Origin: Acidimicrobiales bacterium
GTDB lineage: Bacteria > Actinomycetota > Acidimicrobiia > Acidimicrobiales > WLNW01
Length of the DNA stretch: 64,000 nucleotides
Direction of reading: 5' to 3'
Assembly (NCBI GenBank): GCA_039934635.1
Contig: JBDTLT010000009.1
Coordinates: 6,697-70,696 of the forward strand
Below the pieces are notes generated by a model. That model saw only the letters and a program-made list of their open reading frames with translations, did no database searches and was not told where the DNA came from. Below are positions 7,587-16,937 of this stretch, piece by piece (position 1 is the first letter of the stretch; each line of letters begins with the position of its first letter). The position numbers and the translations under genes were made by a program.

Positions 7587-8794
7587 CGTCCGATCCCTAC
7601 TTCGATCCGCGCGATCCGAACCACGTTCGCAATCCCTACGCGACCTACGCCCGGCTGCGCGCCGAAGCGCCGGTGCATCACAGCCCGCTCGGGTTTTGGA
7701 TCATCTCTCGCTACGACGACGTGATGGAGATGCTGCGCGACCCGCGCGGCAGTCGCGAGATGCACCAGTGGTCCGAGGCCTACGAGCAGAGCCATTCCGC
7801 GGCCGGGCCCGCCTGGGAACAGTTCGTGACGGATCAGGTTCAGTTCATGGATCCGCCGAACCACACACGCCAACGCAAGCTGGTCGCGAAGGCGTTCACG
7901 CCCATGGCGATCGACGCGAACCGTCCACGGGTCGAACAGATCGTGCGCGAGCTCATCGATGCCGGTGAAGGTCGGCTCGACGTCGTAGAGGAGCTGGCCC
8001 GGCCCCTTCCCTACCGCATCATCTCCGAGATGCTCGGCGTGCCGTGGGACGACCCGCGTCTCCAACCCGAATGGATCACCATGATCGTGCGCGGCTTGTC
8101 GACGCTCGTCACCGACGACGACATGCGCAATGCCCGCGACGCGCTCGTCGGTATCACCGACCTCTTCCACGAGGCAATCGAGGACCACCGCCGGCGCCCG
8201 CGCAATGACCTCATGTCGGCGTTGATCGCGGCCGAGGAAGAGGGCGACCGCCTGAGCACGAACGAACTGTTCGCGCTGTCGATCAACCTGCTCGTGGGTG
8301 GGTCGGAGACGACGATGAACCTCATCGCCAGCGCGCTCTATTCGCTGACACGATTTCCCGACCAACTCCAGCGCCTGAGGCGCCACCCAGGACTCATGCG
8401 CAACGCCGTCGAGGAGTTTCTGCGCTTCGAGTCGCCCGCGCAATTCCAGTCGCGCACGGCGACGCAGCCCATCGTCGTGGGCGGTGTCGAGATTCCGCCC
8501 CGTCAGACCATCTACCTCTGCCTCGGGTCGGCCAATCACGACGACGATCGCTGGGATAGACCCGACGAGCTCGACATCGAGCGCGGCGAGCTGCAGCACA
8601 TGGCCTTTGGCTACGGCATCCACCACTGCCTCGGAGCGTCGCTCGCTCGGCTCGAGACCGCGGTCGCCGTGCAGGCGCTCGTGGAGCTGCCCGATCTCGG
8701 GCTTGTCGGGCCCGAACCCGAATGGGGCGGCGCCGCCGCGCTGTCGCAACGAGGCTTGAAGCACCTCGACATCCGCTGGCAATACCGCCAATAG
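7583..8794 (+). CDS. Cytochrome P450
   Basis: The heme-thiolate loop is FGYGIHHCLGASLA, the EXXR is EEFLRFESP, and the I-helix reads LLVGGSETT. Confidence 0.92.
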   Translation: MTSDPYFDPRDPNHVRNPYATYARLRAEAPVHHSPLGFWIISRYDDVMEMLRDPRGSREMHQWSEAYEQSHSAAGPAWEQFVTDQVQFMDPPNHTRQRKLVAKAFTPMAIDANRPRVEQIVRELIDAGEGRLDVVEELARPLPYRIISEMLGVPWDDPRLQPEWITMIVRGLSTLVTDDDMRNARDALVGITDLFHEAIEDHRRRPRNDLMSALIAAEEEGDRLSTNELFALSINLLVGGSETTMNLIASALYSLTRFPDQLQRLRRHPGLMRNAVEEFLRFESPAQFQSRTATQPIVVGGVEIPPRQTIYLCLGSANHDDDRWDRPDELDIERGELQHMAFGYGIHHCLGASLARLETAVAVQALVELPDLGLVGPEPEWGGAAALSQRGLKHLDIRWQYRQ

Positions 8795-8821
8795 GTCGCG
8801 TCGCCAATAACATGGGGCGCC

Positions 8822-10768
8822 GTGCGCGGTCGGCTGGCAGTCCTACGGGTGCGACAGCCGATCACGATCGTGATCGCGCTGGCGATCGTGTCATTCGTGC
8901 TCGCGCTCGTCGTGGCCGATCGACTCTTCCCCCTGTTGTCCGCCAACAACGACGAAGCGGTCTATCTCTTCCAGGCCCGCATCTTCCGGTCGGGCCATCT
9001 CACATTGCCCGCCGACGGTTACCGAGACTTCTTCCGTCCGTGGATGTCGTCCGAACACGACCAACAGTTGGTTCTGGTGTTCCAGCCCGTGTTCCCGGCG
9101 CTGCTGGCGCTGTCTGATCTCGTCTTCGGGTCGATGCGGGTCGCTCTCGGCATCATCGCGGGAGCCAGCGTGCTGCTCGTCTACGCACTGTGTGGCGAAC
9201 TCGGTCTCTCCCCGCGGGCGCGCGTCATCGCGGCTGCGATCTTTGCGCTGTCGCCGTTCGCGGTCATTCAGAGCGCGCTGTATCTCGAATATCTGTTTGC
9301 CGTCGCCCTCGAGATGGCGGTGCTCACATTGCTACTCGCGGGCCTGCGATCGACGAGGGGACGGCGGGCCCGCCGGTTGGCCGCCGCCGGGCTCGTGTTC
9401 GGGTTGCTCGTCTTCACCCGCCCGCTCGAGGGGCTGATGCTCGGGGTCGCGATGGGTCTGTTCCTCATCGTCCGCGAACGCAACTTCGCACGGGCGTTGC
9501 GCCAATTGCTCTGGCCGGCGCTCGGCGCGCTGCCCATCGTCGCGTTGATGCTCGTGTACAACGCGCAACTCACCGGCAAACCGTTGCGATTCCCGCTGTG
9601 GGCGATCGGCGGCAACAACTCCTTCGGCTTCGGCAGGCGCAACGTGGTCGCCGGATCACCATTGATCGACGCCACGTTCCTCAACGGCCTCAAGGCGCTG
9701 CACCAGAACATGCGGGCATTGCCGCACTGGGTGTTCGGCTCCATCATCGTCGTTCCGCTCGCCCTCCACGGTCTGTGGCAGCGCCGGCGCGAGACGACGA
9801 CGGTGTTGCTGGTCGCCATCGGCGTGCTTTTCCCCCTCGCCTATCTCTTCTATTGGGGCAACCTGTTGATCGTCAACGGACGCAAGCTCATCGGTCCGCA
9901 CTACTACATGGCGCTGTTGATACCGACGGTCGTGTTCGCGGCGGTCGCGCTCGACCGACTCGCAGTACGGCGCAAGTCCTTGGCGACATTGGTGTTCGTA
10001 TCGATGATCGCGGCGACCTTGATCGAGTTGCCGGACAAGATCGACCGCAACGATCATTTCACCGACGTCTACCGCGCCGAGCAAGCCGCGATCGACTCGG
10101 TCGTCGACGACAATGCCGTCGTCATTCTGCCGATCACACCCGACGGGTCGTACTTGCTGCATCCGCGTAGTTGGCTGACCAACGACTTCGACCTTCGCGA
10201 TCCGATCCTGTACGCCGCGGATCGAGGCCCGGAGAACATCGAACTCTCCCGCCGCTACTCCGACCGGCGCTTGTACCGCCTGCAAGCCGTCGAAGCGACC
10301 CGTGTCCCACTCACCTTCCGCCCCTCGGTCCGCGAAGTGGTGGCGGTGAAGTCCGCCGAATTGCGCCGAGCCCTGAGCGCCCCGGTACCGGCCGAGGTCA
10401 CGCGGGTCAACGCGTACGTGCAGACCGACGGCACCAATCGACAGACGTGCGCGGTCACGCCGGCCGCATCGACAGTGCGCGTCGCGGTAGACATGCGCCG
10501 GGGCAATGTTTTCCTCAACGGCTGTGATGGCGGCGGCCTGCTCTCGCTGGCGTTTGTCAACGCGCCCGCGACGTTGGTCGTCGGCTTCGAATTGTTCACC
10601 GACACGCTCGGGCAGTCGGAATCACGCGAACTCCGCGTGTGGACCGCGCCGGAGGGATCCGACATCGTCAGCCTCAACGAAGAGACGTGGCGCATCGTCC
10701 CCCACGACAAGACATCGACCCGCGTGATCGAAGCCAGCCCCGACCTCACCGTCGCCGCGCGCCCCTGA
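8822..10768 (+). CDS. GT-C fold membrane glycosyltransferase (GT39/PMT_2/ArnT-like), 648 aa
   Basis: The N-terminal half has about 10 TM segments. A DE motif follows TM1 directly (SANNDEAVYLFQARIF), as in ArnT/PMT-type GT-C enzymes. The C-terminal domain is soluble. The start is GTG. Confidence 0.65.
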   Translation: MRGRLAVLRVRQPITIVIALAIVSFVLALVVADRLFPLLSANNDEAVYLFQARIFRSGHLTLPADGYRDFFRPWMSSEHDQQLVLVFQPVFPALLALSDLVFGSMRVALGIIAGASVLLVYALCGELGLSPRARVIAAAIFALSPFAVIQSALYLEYLFAVALEMAVLTLLLAGLRSTRGRRARRLAAAGLVFGLLVFTRPLEGLMLGVAMGLFLIVRERNFARALRQLLWPALGALPIVALMLVYNAQLTGKPLRFPLWAIGGNNSFGFGRRNVVAGSPLIDATFLNGLKALHQNMRALPHWVFGSIIVVPLALHGLWQRRRETTTVLLVAIGVLFPLAYLFYWGNLLIVNGRKLIGPHYYMALLIPTVVFAAVALDRLAVRRKSLATLVFVSMIAATLIELPDKIDRNDHFTDVYRAEQAAIDSVVDDNAVVILPITPDGSYLLHPRSWLTNDFDLRDPILYAADRGPENIELSRRYSDRRLYRLQAVEATRVPLTFRPSVREVVAVKSAELRRALSAPVPAEVTRVNAYVQTDGTNRQTCAVTPAASTVRVAVDMRRGNVFLNGCDGGGLLSLAFVNAPATLVVGFELFTDTLGQSESRELRVWTAPEGSDIVSLNEETWRIVPHDKTSTRVIEASPDLTVAARP

Positions 10769-10784
10769 CCCCAGACCCGTTCTT

Positions 10785-10822
10785 GTGGTGTTCGATAGGT
10801 GTATATACGTATCGAACACCAC
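10785..10822. terminator. Perfect 12-bp inverted repeat with an AT-rich 14-nt spacer between convergent genes; bidirectional terminator or protein-binding palindrome
   Basis: gtggtgttcgat-aggtgtatatacgt-atcgaacaccac is the lowest-GC spot of the local region. It lies between the stops at 10768 (+) and 10836 (-). Confidence 0.45.
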
Positions 10823-10835
10823 CAGAATGCGGTGT

Positions 10836-11939
10836 TTAGAGGTTGTATTGCGGGAGGGATCCGTTGGCGATAAGGGTGAGGCTGCCGGTGCCCGCACCGG
10901 TAGTGCCGGCGACGGTCACCGGTTGGATGCGATGCACCGGCCGGTCGACGGTACCGTCCTCATGCACGACGTCGACGGGATGGCGCACCTCCCACATATC
11001 GATCTCGTCGCATTGGTCGCCGCGCCACGCACCGAGTGCGCGACCGTCGTTCCAGCCGCCGCTGTAACCAAGGCCCGGCATGGCGATCGACGAACCCAGC
11101 GCGCTCGTCACGAACGTCGCCGATCGCCCGTCGTCGCACGTCACCGCGAAATCGGCTTGCTCGATGCGCCGTGTCCCCTCGAAGAAACGCAACGCCATCT
11201 CTGCCGTGGTGACATGGAGGTCGAGACGATCGGGCGCGTTGCGTTCGCGTAGCAAGCCGGTCATGTACACGCGTTCCCGGCCCCGTTCCATGATCTGCAC
11301 GTGGCCCGCGTAGTCGTCGGTCGAGAAGAACAAGAACGCGAACAAGGTGCCCACCTCTGACACCGGCGGCGTCGCCCCCGTGATGGGATCCCAGCCACCG
11401 ACACCCGGACGCACGCCCCACGAGTGATCGCGACAGGCCCACCACTGCTGCACCGGCCAGCGTTCACCGCGCACGACGAGCTCACCGTCGACCACGCCGA
11501 CCTGGTCGAGCCGTTGGTAATCCTCGTTGAGGCGGCCTCGAATGCGGGCCACGTGGGGCTTCTCCAACTCGGGCGGCAGCACTGCTCGCCAATGCAGTTC
11601 ACCGTGCACGTGATGCTCTCCCGGCTCGACGATGAGTCGGATGTGCTCGAAGGGCTCGACGACATCGATGCGCATGGCGCCCACCGCCGGCTCGAAGCGG
11701 GGCCGAAGCGAGCGAGAGGTGCGTAGGTTGTACTGCGTCGTGTCCCGGATGACCACGAATCCGCCGTCGATGACGTTCATGTTGTTGTACACGCCGATGG
11801 TGAACTGCAAGGCGCCCGAACCGGCAGGGTCGTAGACCGCGAACCACATGCGGTCGAAAAACCGGTGGTCGCTGGTCCCGACATTTTCGAACGGGCTCGC
11901 GATCTGATGCCACAGCGAATCGTCGAGCGGTGTGAGCAT
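10836..11939 (-). CDS. Conserved hypothetical protein, 367 aa
   Basis: This is an ATG ORF with good codon bias. Motifs are DSLWHQ, DRMWFAVYDP and CRDHSWGVRPGVGGW. It is possibly an AttH/CrtC-like beta-barrel, but I cannot confirm the family. Confidence 0.7.
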   Translation of the reverse strand: MLTPLDDSLWHQIASPFENVGTSDHRFFDRMWFAVYDPAGSGALQFTIGVYNNMNVIDGGFVVIRDTTQYNLRTSRSLRPRFEPAVGAMRIDVVEPFEHIRLIVEPGEHHVHGELHWRAVLPPELEKPHVARIRGRLNEDYQRLDQVGVVDGELVVRGERWPVQQWWACRDHSWGVRPGVGGWDPITGATPPVSEVGTLFAFLFFSTDDYAGHVQIMERGRERVYMTGLLRERNAPDRLDLHVTTAEMALRFFEGTRRIEQADFAVTCDDGRSATFVTSALGSSIAMPGLGYSGGWNDGRALGAWRGDQCDEIDMWEVRHPVDVVHEDGTVDRPVHRIQPVTVAGTTGAGTGSLTLIANGSLPQYNL

Positions 11940-12003
11940 CAGTTTCTCCTTGGAAGGCGACCTTCGTGATGGTGCCGGATGTGCCGTTCGCTAACTTTGC
12001 CCG

Positions 12004-13239
12004 ATGTTCCGCATCCGTGTCGGTTTGCTCTCCGTGTCACTCCTCGTGGCGGCCGGATGCTCGTCGTCGCCCGACGCCGCGCCCGGCACATCCACCTCGG
12101 TGTCGACGACCGCCGCCACGTCGTCGACCACGACGACAACCATGGCGACCACGACGACATCGACCACCACCACCTCGACGACGACAACCACGATCGGATC
12201 GCCGACCGGCCGTCCTCTGCTGGCCGGCATGCCGCAGTTGACCGACGCCAAGAACGTCTACGCCGAGACCGGCACCGACAAGATGGCCGCGAGCAACGTC
12301 GGCATCAAGCCGCTCGTGTATGTGCCCAGCAACAACAGCAACGACGTCACCGTCATCGACCCCGCGACCTTCCAGGTGATCGACCGCTACTCGACCGGCG
12401 CCGTACCGCAACACGTCGTGCCGTCATGGGACATGACGACGCTCTACGTCAACAACAACTCCGGTAACTCACTCACACCCATCGACCCCAAGACCGGCAA
12501 GCCTGGCCCGAACATCGCCGTCGACGACCCGTACAACCTCTACTTCACGCCCGACGGCAAGTACGCGCTCGTGATGGAAGAGCGCAACAACACCATCGCC
12601 GTGCGCGACGCCAAGACATTCGCCGAAGTCAAGAAAGTGAAGACACCGTGCCGAGGCGTGAACCACGCGGACTACTCGATCGATGGCTCGTATCTCATCG
12701 CCAGCTGTGAGTTCTCGAGCCAGCTGATCAAGTTCGACGTCACCACACTCGAGGTGGTCGCCGAGCGCACCATCCCCGGTTCGGTGCCCCAGGACGTGCG
12801 GGTGATGAGCGACGGCCTCACCTACCTCGTGGCCGACAATGCCAAGGCCGGTGTGCACGTCGTCGACGGCGAACGATTCGAGGTGATCGGCTTCATCCCG
12901 ACCGGCGCGGGCGCGCACGGCATCTACCCGAGCCGCAACGCCAAGGCGATGTACGTCTCGAATCGCCTCGCGGGTTCGGTGAGCGTCATCGACCAAGCGA
13001 CGCGCCAAGTCACCTTCACGTACTTCATACCGGGCGGCGGGTCGCCCGACATGGGCAGCGTTTCGGCGGACGGCCTCGTGTTGTGGCTGTCGGGTCGCTA
13101 CCACAACGTCGTCTACGCCATCGACGTGCTCGAATGGAAGCTGTTGGCCCGCATCCCCGTGGGATCCGCGCCGCACGGCCTCACGTACTTCCCCCAACCG
13201 GGGCGCTACTCACTCGGCCACACCGGCAACTACCGCTGA
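12004..13239 (+). CDS. Lipoprotein with a poly-Thr/Ser linker and a YVTN/YncE-like beta-propeller domain
   Basis: The lipobox is LLVAAGC. The linker reads STSVSTTAATSSTTTTTMATTTTSTTTTSTTTTT. Repeated blades end in ...VYV(P/S)N...V(T/S)VID.... Confidence 0.8.
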   Translation: MFRIRVGLLSVSLLVAAGCSSSPDAAPGTSTSVSTTAATSSTTTTTMATTTTSTTTTSTTTTTIGSPTGRPLLAGMPQLTDAKNVYAETGTDKMAASNVGIKPLVYVPSNNSNDVTVIDPATFQVIDRYSTGAVPQHVVPSWDMTTLYVNNNSGNSLTPIDPKTGKPGPNIAVDDPYNLYFTPDGKYALVMEERNNTIAVRDAKTFAEVKKVKTPCRGVNHADYSIDGSYLIASCEFSSQLIKFDVTTLEVVAERTIPGSVPQDVRVMSDGLTYLVADNAKAGVHVVDGERFEVIGFIPTGAGAHGIYPSRNAKAMYVSNRLAGSVSVIDQATRQVTFTYFIPGGGSPDMGSVSADGLVLWLSGRYHNVVYAIDVLEWKLLARIPVGSAPHGLTYFPQPGRYSLGHTGNYR

Positions 13240-13258
13240 CGCGGAAGCTGAAACTGGT

Positions 13259-14395
13259 CTACGCGAACGAGTTGGCGGCGAGGAAATCCCACACGACTTT
13301 GGTGGTGTCGAATCCCTGAATGCGGAACCATTCGTGGACGCCGCCATTGACCCGATAGTGCACGACCGGGCTGCCGGGGGTGCAGGCCTGCGCCTCGACC
13401 ATCGTGACCGCCAGCGCGGCCTTGATAGGCGTCTCGCGAGTGCCCGTACAGTGACACGTGCCGGACCAGAACGATACGAAGTCGGCCACCGACAGCACGC
13501 TGCCGCGCTTGCGGCCTTGATTGTCGGCCACCTTGCCGCCTGTGTAGGGGACGACCGGATCGCTGGTGCCGTGCACTTCGACGATCGGTATCGACCGGCT
13601 GGGCAGACAGACCTGCGAATTGTTCTGGCCCGCAGTACCGCCGACCAACGCGACGCCGCGGACGCGATCGGGCATGTCGCACGCGACCCGACTCGCCATC
13701 AGCGCGCCGTTGGAAAAGCCCGCAACCGCGACGCGCGTTGCATCGACATTGGCGCGGTTGACCATCTCGTCGATCAGCGCTCGCAAGAAAGCGACGTCGT
13801 CGGTGATCATGCCGGCTTGCAGCGGCTCCATGCCGGCGCGCCCGTCGTTCCAGCTACCCCCGACGGCGTCGGGATAGACGACCACCGTGCCGTTGGCGGC
13901 GGCGCTCGGCTCGAATCCCATCGAGCGCATGTTGGCGCCGCGCCCGTTGACGCCGTGCAACACGATCAGCAGTGAGTGAGGCTTGGCCGTCGGCGGAGGA
14001 ACGACCGCGAGGTAGTTGCGGCTGAAACCGCCGACCGGCATCTGCTGCTCGTTAACGCCGACCGCCAGCGGGTTGGGGAGGGGCCACGCGAGGATGTCGT
14101 CGGCCGGCGAAAGGTGCGGGGCAGGCGCCGTCGTCGGGGCCGCCGTTGTCGTCGAGGCCGGGCCGGTCGAAGTCGGCGGCGCCGTCGTCGGGGCCGAGAC
14201 CGCCGACGTATCCGGTGCTTCGACCGCCGTGTCGGCGCTGGCGTTGGTAGTCGTCGTGCTCGCGTTTTCGGACGTGCCGAGAACGTTGGTCTGCGCCCCG
14301 GATTCAGTAGCCCCCGGCACCACCGCCATTGCGATGGCCGAGGCAACCGCAAAAGGGAGTAGTGCGCGCGCTCCCTTCAGAATCCAATCAGGCAC
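13259..14395 (-). CDS. Secreted esterase of the PHB-depolymerase/LpqC (CE1-like) family with a Thr/Pro/Ala-rich linker
   Basis: The signal peptide is MPDWILKGARALLPFAVASAIAMA. The nucleophile elbow is GFSNG. HGVNGRG and HGTSDPVVPY are also present. Confidence 0.78.
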   Translation of the reverse strand: MPDWILKGARALLPFAVASAIAMAVVPGATESGAQTNVLGTSENASTTTTNASADTAVEAPDTSAVSAPTTAPPTSTGPASTTTAAPTTAPAPHLSPADDILAWPLPNPLAVGVNEQQMPVGGFSRNYLAVVPPPTAKPHSLLIVLHGVNGRGANMRSMGFEPSAAANGTVVVYPDAVGGSWNDGRAGMEPLQAGMITDDVAFLRALIDEMVNRANVDATRVAVAGFSNGALMASRVACDMPDRVRGVALVGGTAGQNNSQVCLPSRSIPIVEVHGTSDPVVPYTGGKVADNQGRKRGSVLSVADFVSFWSGTCHCTGTRETPIKAALAVTMVEAQACTPGSPVVHYRVNGGVHEWFRIQGFDTTKVVWDFLAANSFA

Positions 14396-14497
14396 ATATC
14401 AAGAAGAGCACAAGTGACACTCGACATACAAGGTCAGAACGGTCCATCTTGAGAAAACGGCCTCACGACAGCGGCATTTCTGGCCGACATATCGACT

Positions 14498-16930
14498 GTG
14501 GGTCGCTCGAGTGGGGCATCGAAGGATCGAGAACGCGCACTCGACGCCCTGCGCGCCATCGCGCTCGTCCGGGTCGTTCTGTGGCACACCTACGGCAACG
14601 CCGCCATCACCTATGTGATCGCCGCGGTGCCGACGATGTTCTTCGTAACGGGCAGCCTCTTCGCGAAGTCGGCCCAACGCCGACCGGTGGCCGAGGTCGT
14701 GCGCAACCGCGTGCGGCGGATCTTCGTGCCCCTCTGGGCGTTCAGCGCGGTATGTCTCCTCGCGATGAGCATCGCCCACCGCGTCGACGGCACCGGCGCC
14801 ACCAAGGTGCCGTGGCGCGGCATGTGGCTCTGGTTCATCCCACTGGCCGATCCCAACGGTTCGCCGTGGGAGGGCGGGCACCTGAGCGCGCCGTTGTGGT
14901 TCGTCCGGGCGATGCTGTGGGTGCTGCTCGCGGCACCGCTGTTGCTGACCGCGGCACGCCGGCGGCCCGCGCTGCTGCTCGCCGGCTGCGTCACGGCGAT
15001 TCTCGCGCTCGACCTCGTCGGCCGTCATCCTTCGTGGAACATCGCCGCCCTTCCCGACCTCGTCTGGCAATCAGGCGACGTCGCGCTCTACGCAATGTTC
15101 TTCACGCTCGGCGTATTGCATCGATGGGGCACCTTCCGGCACTTGCGATCGCCGCACCTCGGGGGCATCGCTCTCGCGAGCGCAGTCCTCGCCGCGGCGT
15201 GGATCACCACACAGCCCGTGCCCAAGCACGTCGTGAACAACTCGCACCCTGCGCACCTCTTCGTCGGGCTGGCGTGGTTGGCCGTCGCACTCGCCGCGCT
15301 GCCGTCGCTCGAACGCGCCGCCGCCATGCGGCCATTCGAAGGCGCCATCTCATTGCTGTCGCAACGAAGCTTCACGATCTACCTCTGGCATCCTGTCGGC
15401 ATCGTCATCTCTTTCGTGGCGATCGGTCGGGTGGGCCGCCTGCCCTTGGGCTACTGGAGCACGGCGCTGTTGCTCGGCACCGTGGCGGTGACGTCGCTGC
15501 TCGTGATCATCTTCGGATCGATCGAGGACGTCGCGAGCCGCAAAACCATTCGCTGGTGGCCGGCACCGCTGCACACCCGTCGATACGGATGGGTGCCCGC
15601 GCTCGCGGGGCTGGCGTTGATGGTCGTGTCGCTCACCTCGATCTCGGTCAAACGCGACACGGCGGGAGAGATCTTCGCGGCGCGCCAACTCACGGTTCCG
15701 TCACAGGCGCCGCCGAAACCGAAGTTCGATGCGCCCGTTGTTCGGGTCGAGGGTGCCGTCTCGCCAGTCCAGCGAACCGACCTCGCTCCGGCGCGTATCC
15801 CGGTCACCAACGCGGCACTCGCGCCCGCGGCGTCGGCTTCGATGAGCACGCAACTCAGTGAAATGTATGACGCGTGGATCGAGCACTGGGGCATCACAGG
15901 TGCCGAGGTGGGTGTGACGCGTCCGAACCAGTTCCTCTGGCAGCGGGCCAGCGGTGTCGACGGCGCCGGTGTGTCCGCGACGCTCGACACGACGTTCGAC
16001 ATCGGCTCGATCACGAAGACATTCACCGCTGCACTTCTCATGCAACTGGTGCAAGAGGGCGTCATCAGTCTCGACGAACCGTTGCCCGTGCTGCGCGACG
16101 TGCCGTCGTTCCCCTACGCGGGCAAGATGACGGTGCGCGATCTGCTCTATCACCGCAGTGGGCTCGTCAACTATCGCGATACCGCGGAGTTCGCGCGCGA
16201 TCCGTTCGCAGTCAAGACACCGGCGCAGGCGGTGATGGCCTCGGCGCGCGAACCGCTGAAGTTCGCGCCGGGCACCGACGTCGCCTACACGTCGACCAAC
16301 TTTTTGTTGCTCGGCATGTTGATCGAGCAGCGCACCGGTCGATCCTTCGACGACAACCTCCGCCAGCGCCTGTTGGCCCCGCTGGGTCTCGAAGAGTTGG
16401 TGCACTTGCCTTCATCGCCGGGCGCGCCGAATCAAGCCACTGCCGGCATCCTCACCAGCACGGAGGATCTGTTGCGCTGGGGTGCGGCGCTGTACCGCGA
16501 CGGCCGCGTCGTCGACGCGCAGTCACTGAAGACGATGACGACGATCGATCCGGTGACAGGACTCGGTGGCGGCACATTCGGCTACTGCCCGTGCACGATG
16601 ACGCCCGACGGACAGCCGGTGTTCACCTATGTCGGCCACTCCGGCGGCACGACGATCCTGCGGTATGCGGCAATCGAAGATCTCGTCATCACCGTCAATC
16701 TCTCTGGCAGCGTCTGGACGCCCGAGATGGTGCAGGCAACCGCCGACTTCTTCGAGATGGTGCGGGCGATCGTCCGTAGCCACGACGCCGCCGCGCTACC
16801 GGCACCGACCGAGCCCGTTACCACCGAGCCATCGGGGCCATCGGAACCCGAGGATCCCGAGAACGCAGCACCCGCCGAGCCCGACACCGCGGCGGTACCC
16901 GCAGAAGGCCAACCGAGCGACGACCTGTAG
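14498..16930 (+). CDS. Fusion protein: N-terminal acyltransferase-3 (10-TM O-acyltransferase) plus C-terminal beta-lactamase/DD-peptidase-fold serine hydrolase
   Basis: The N-terminus reads [19 protein letters not shown] and is followed by about 10 TMs. The C-terminus has the SxxK motif (GSITKTF), YHRSGL and a YTSTNF (YxN) motif, and HSGG. The tail is acidic and Pro-rich. The start is GTG. Confidence 0.8.
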   Translation: MGRSSGASKDRERALDALRAIALVRVVLWHTYGNAAITYVIAAVPTMFFVTGSLFAKSAQRRPVAEVVRNRVRRIFVPLWAFSAVCLLAMSIAHRVDGTGATKVPWRGMWLWFIPLADPNGSPWEGGHLSAPLWFVRAMLWVLLAAPLLLTAARRRPALLLAGCVTAILALDLVGRHPSWNIAALPDLVWQSGDVALYAMFFTLGVLHRWGTFRHLRSPHLGGIALASAVLAAAWITTQPVPKHVVNNSHPAHLFVGLAWLAVALAALPSLERAAAMRPFEGAISLLSQRSFTIYLWHPVGIVISFVAIGRVGRLPLGYWSTALLLGTVAVTSLLVIIFGSIEDVASRKTIRWWPAPLHTRRYGWVPALAGLALMVVSLTSISVKRDTAGEIFAARQLTVPSQAPPKPKFDAPVVRVEGAVSPVQRTDLAPARIPVTNAALAPAASASMSTQLSEMYDAWIEHWGITGAEVGVTRPNQFLWQRASGVDGAGVSATLDTTFDIGSITKTFTAALLMQLVQEGVISLDEPLPVLRDVPSFPYAGKMTVRDLLYHRSGLVNYRDTAEFARDPFAVKTPAQAVMASAREPLKFAPGTDVAYTSTNFLLLGMLIEQRTGRSFDDNLRQRLLAPLGLEELVHLPSSPGAPNQATAGILTSTEDLLRWGAALYRDGRVVDAQSLKTMTTIDPVTGLGGGTFGYCPCTMTPDGQPVFTYVGHSGGTTILRYAAIEDLVITVNLSGSVWTPEMVQATADFFEMVRAIVRSHDAAALPAPTEPVTTEPSGPSEPEDPENAAPAEPDTAAVPAEGQPSDDL

Positions 16931-16937
16931 CGGTCGG

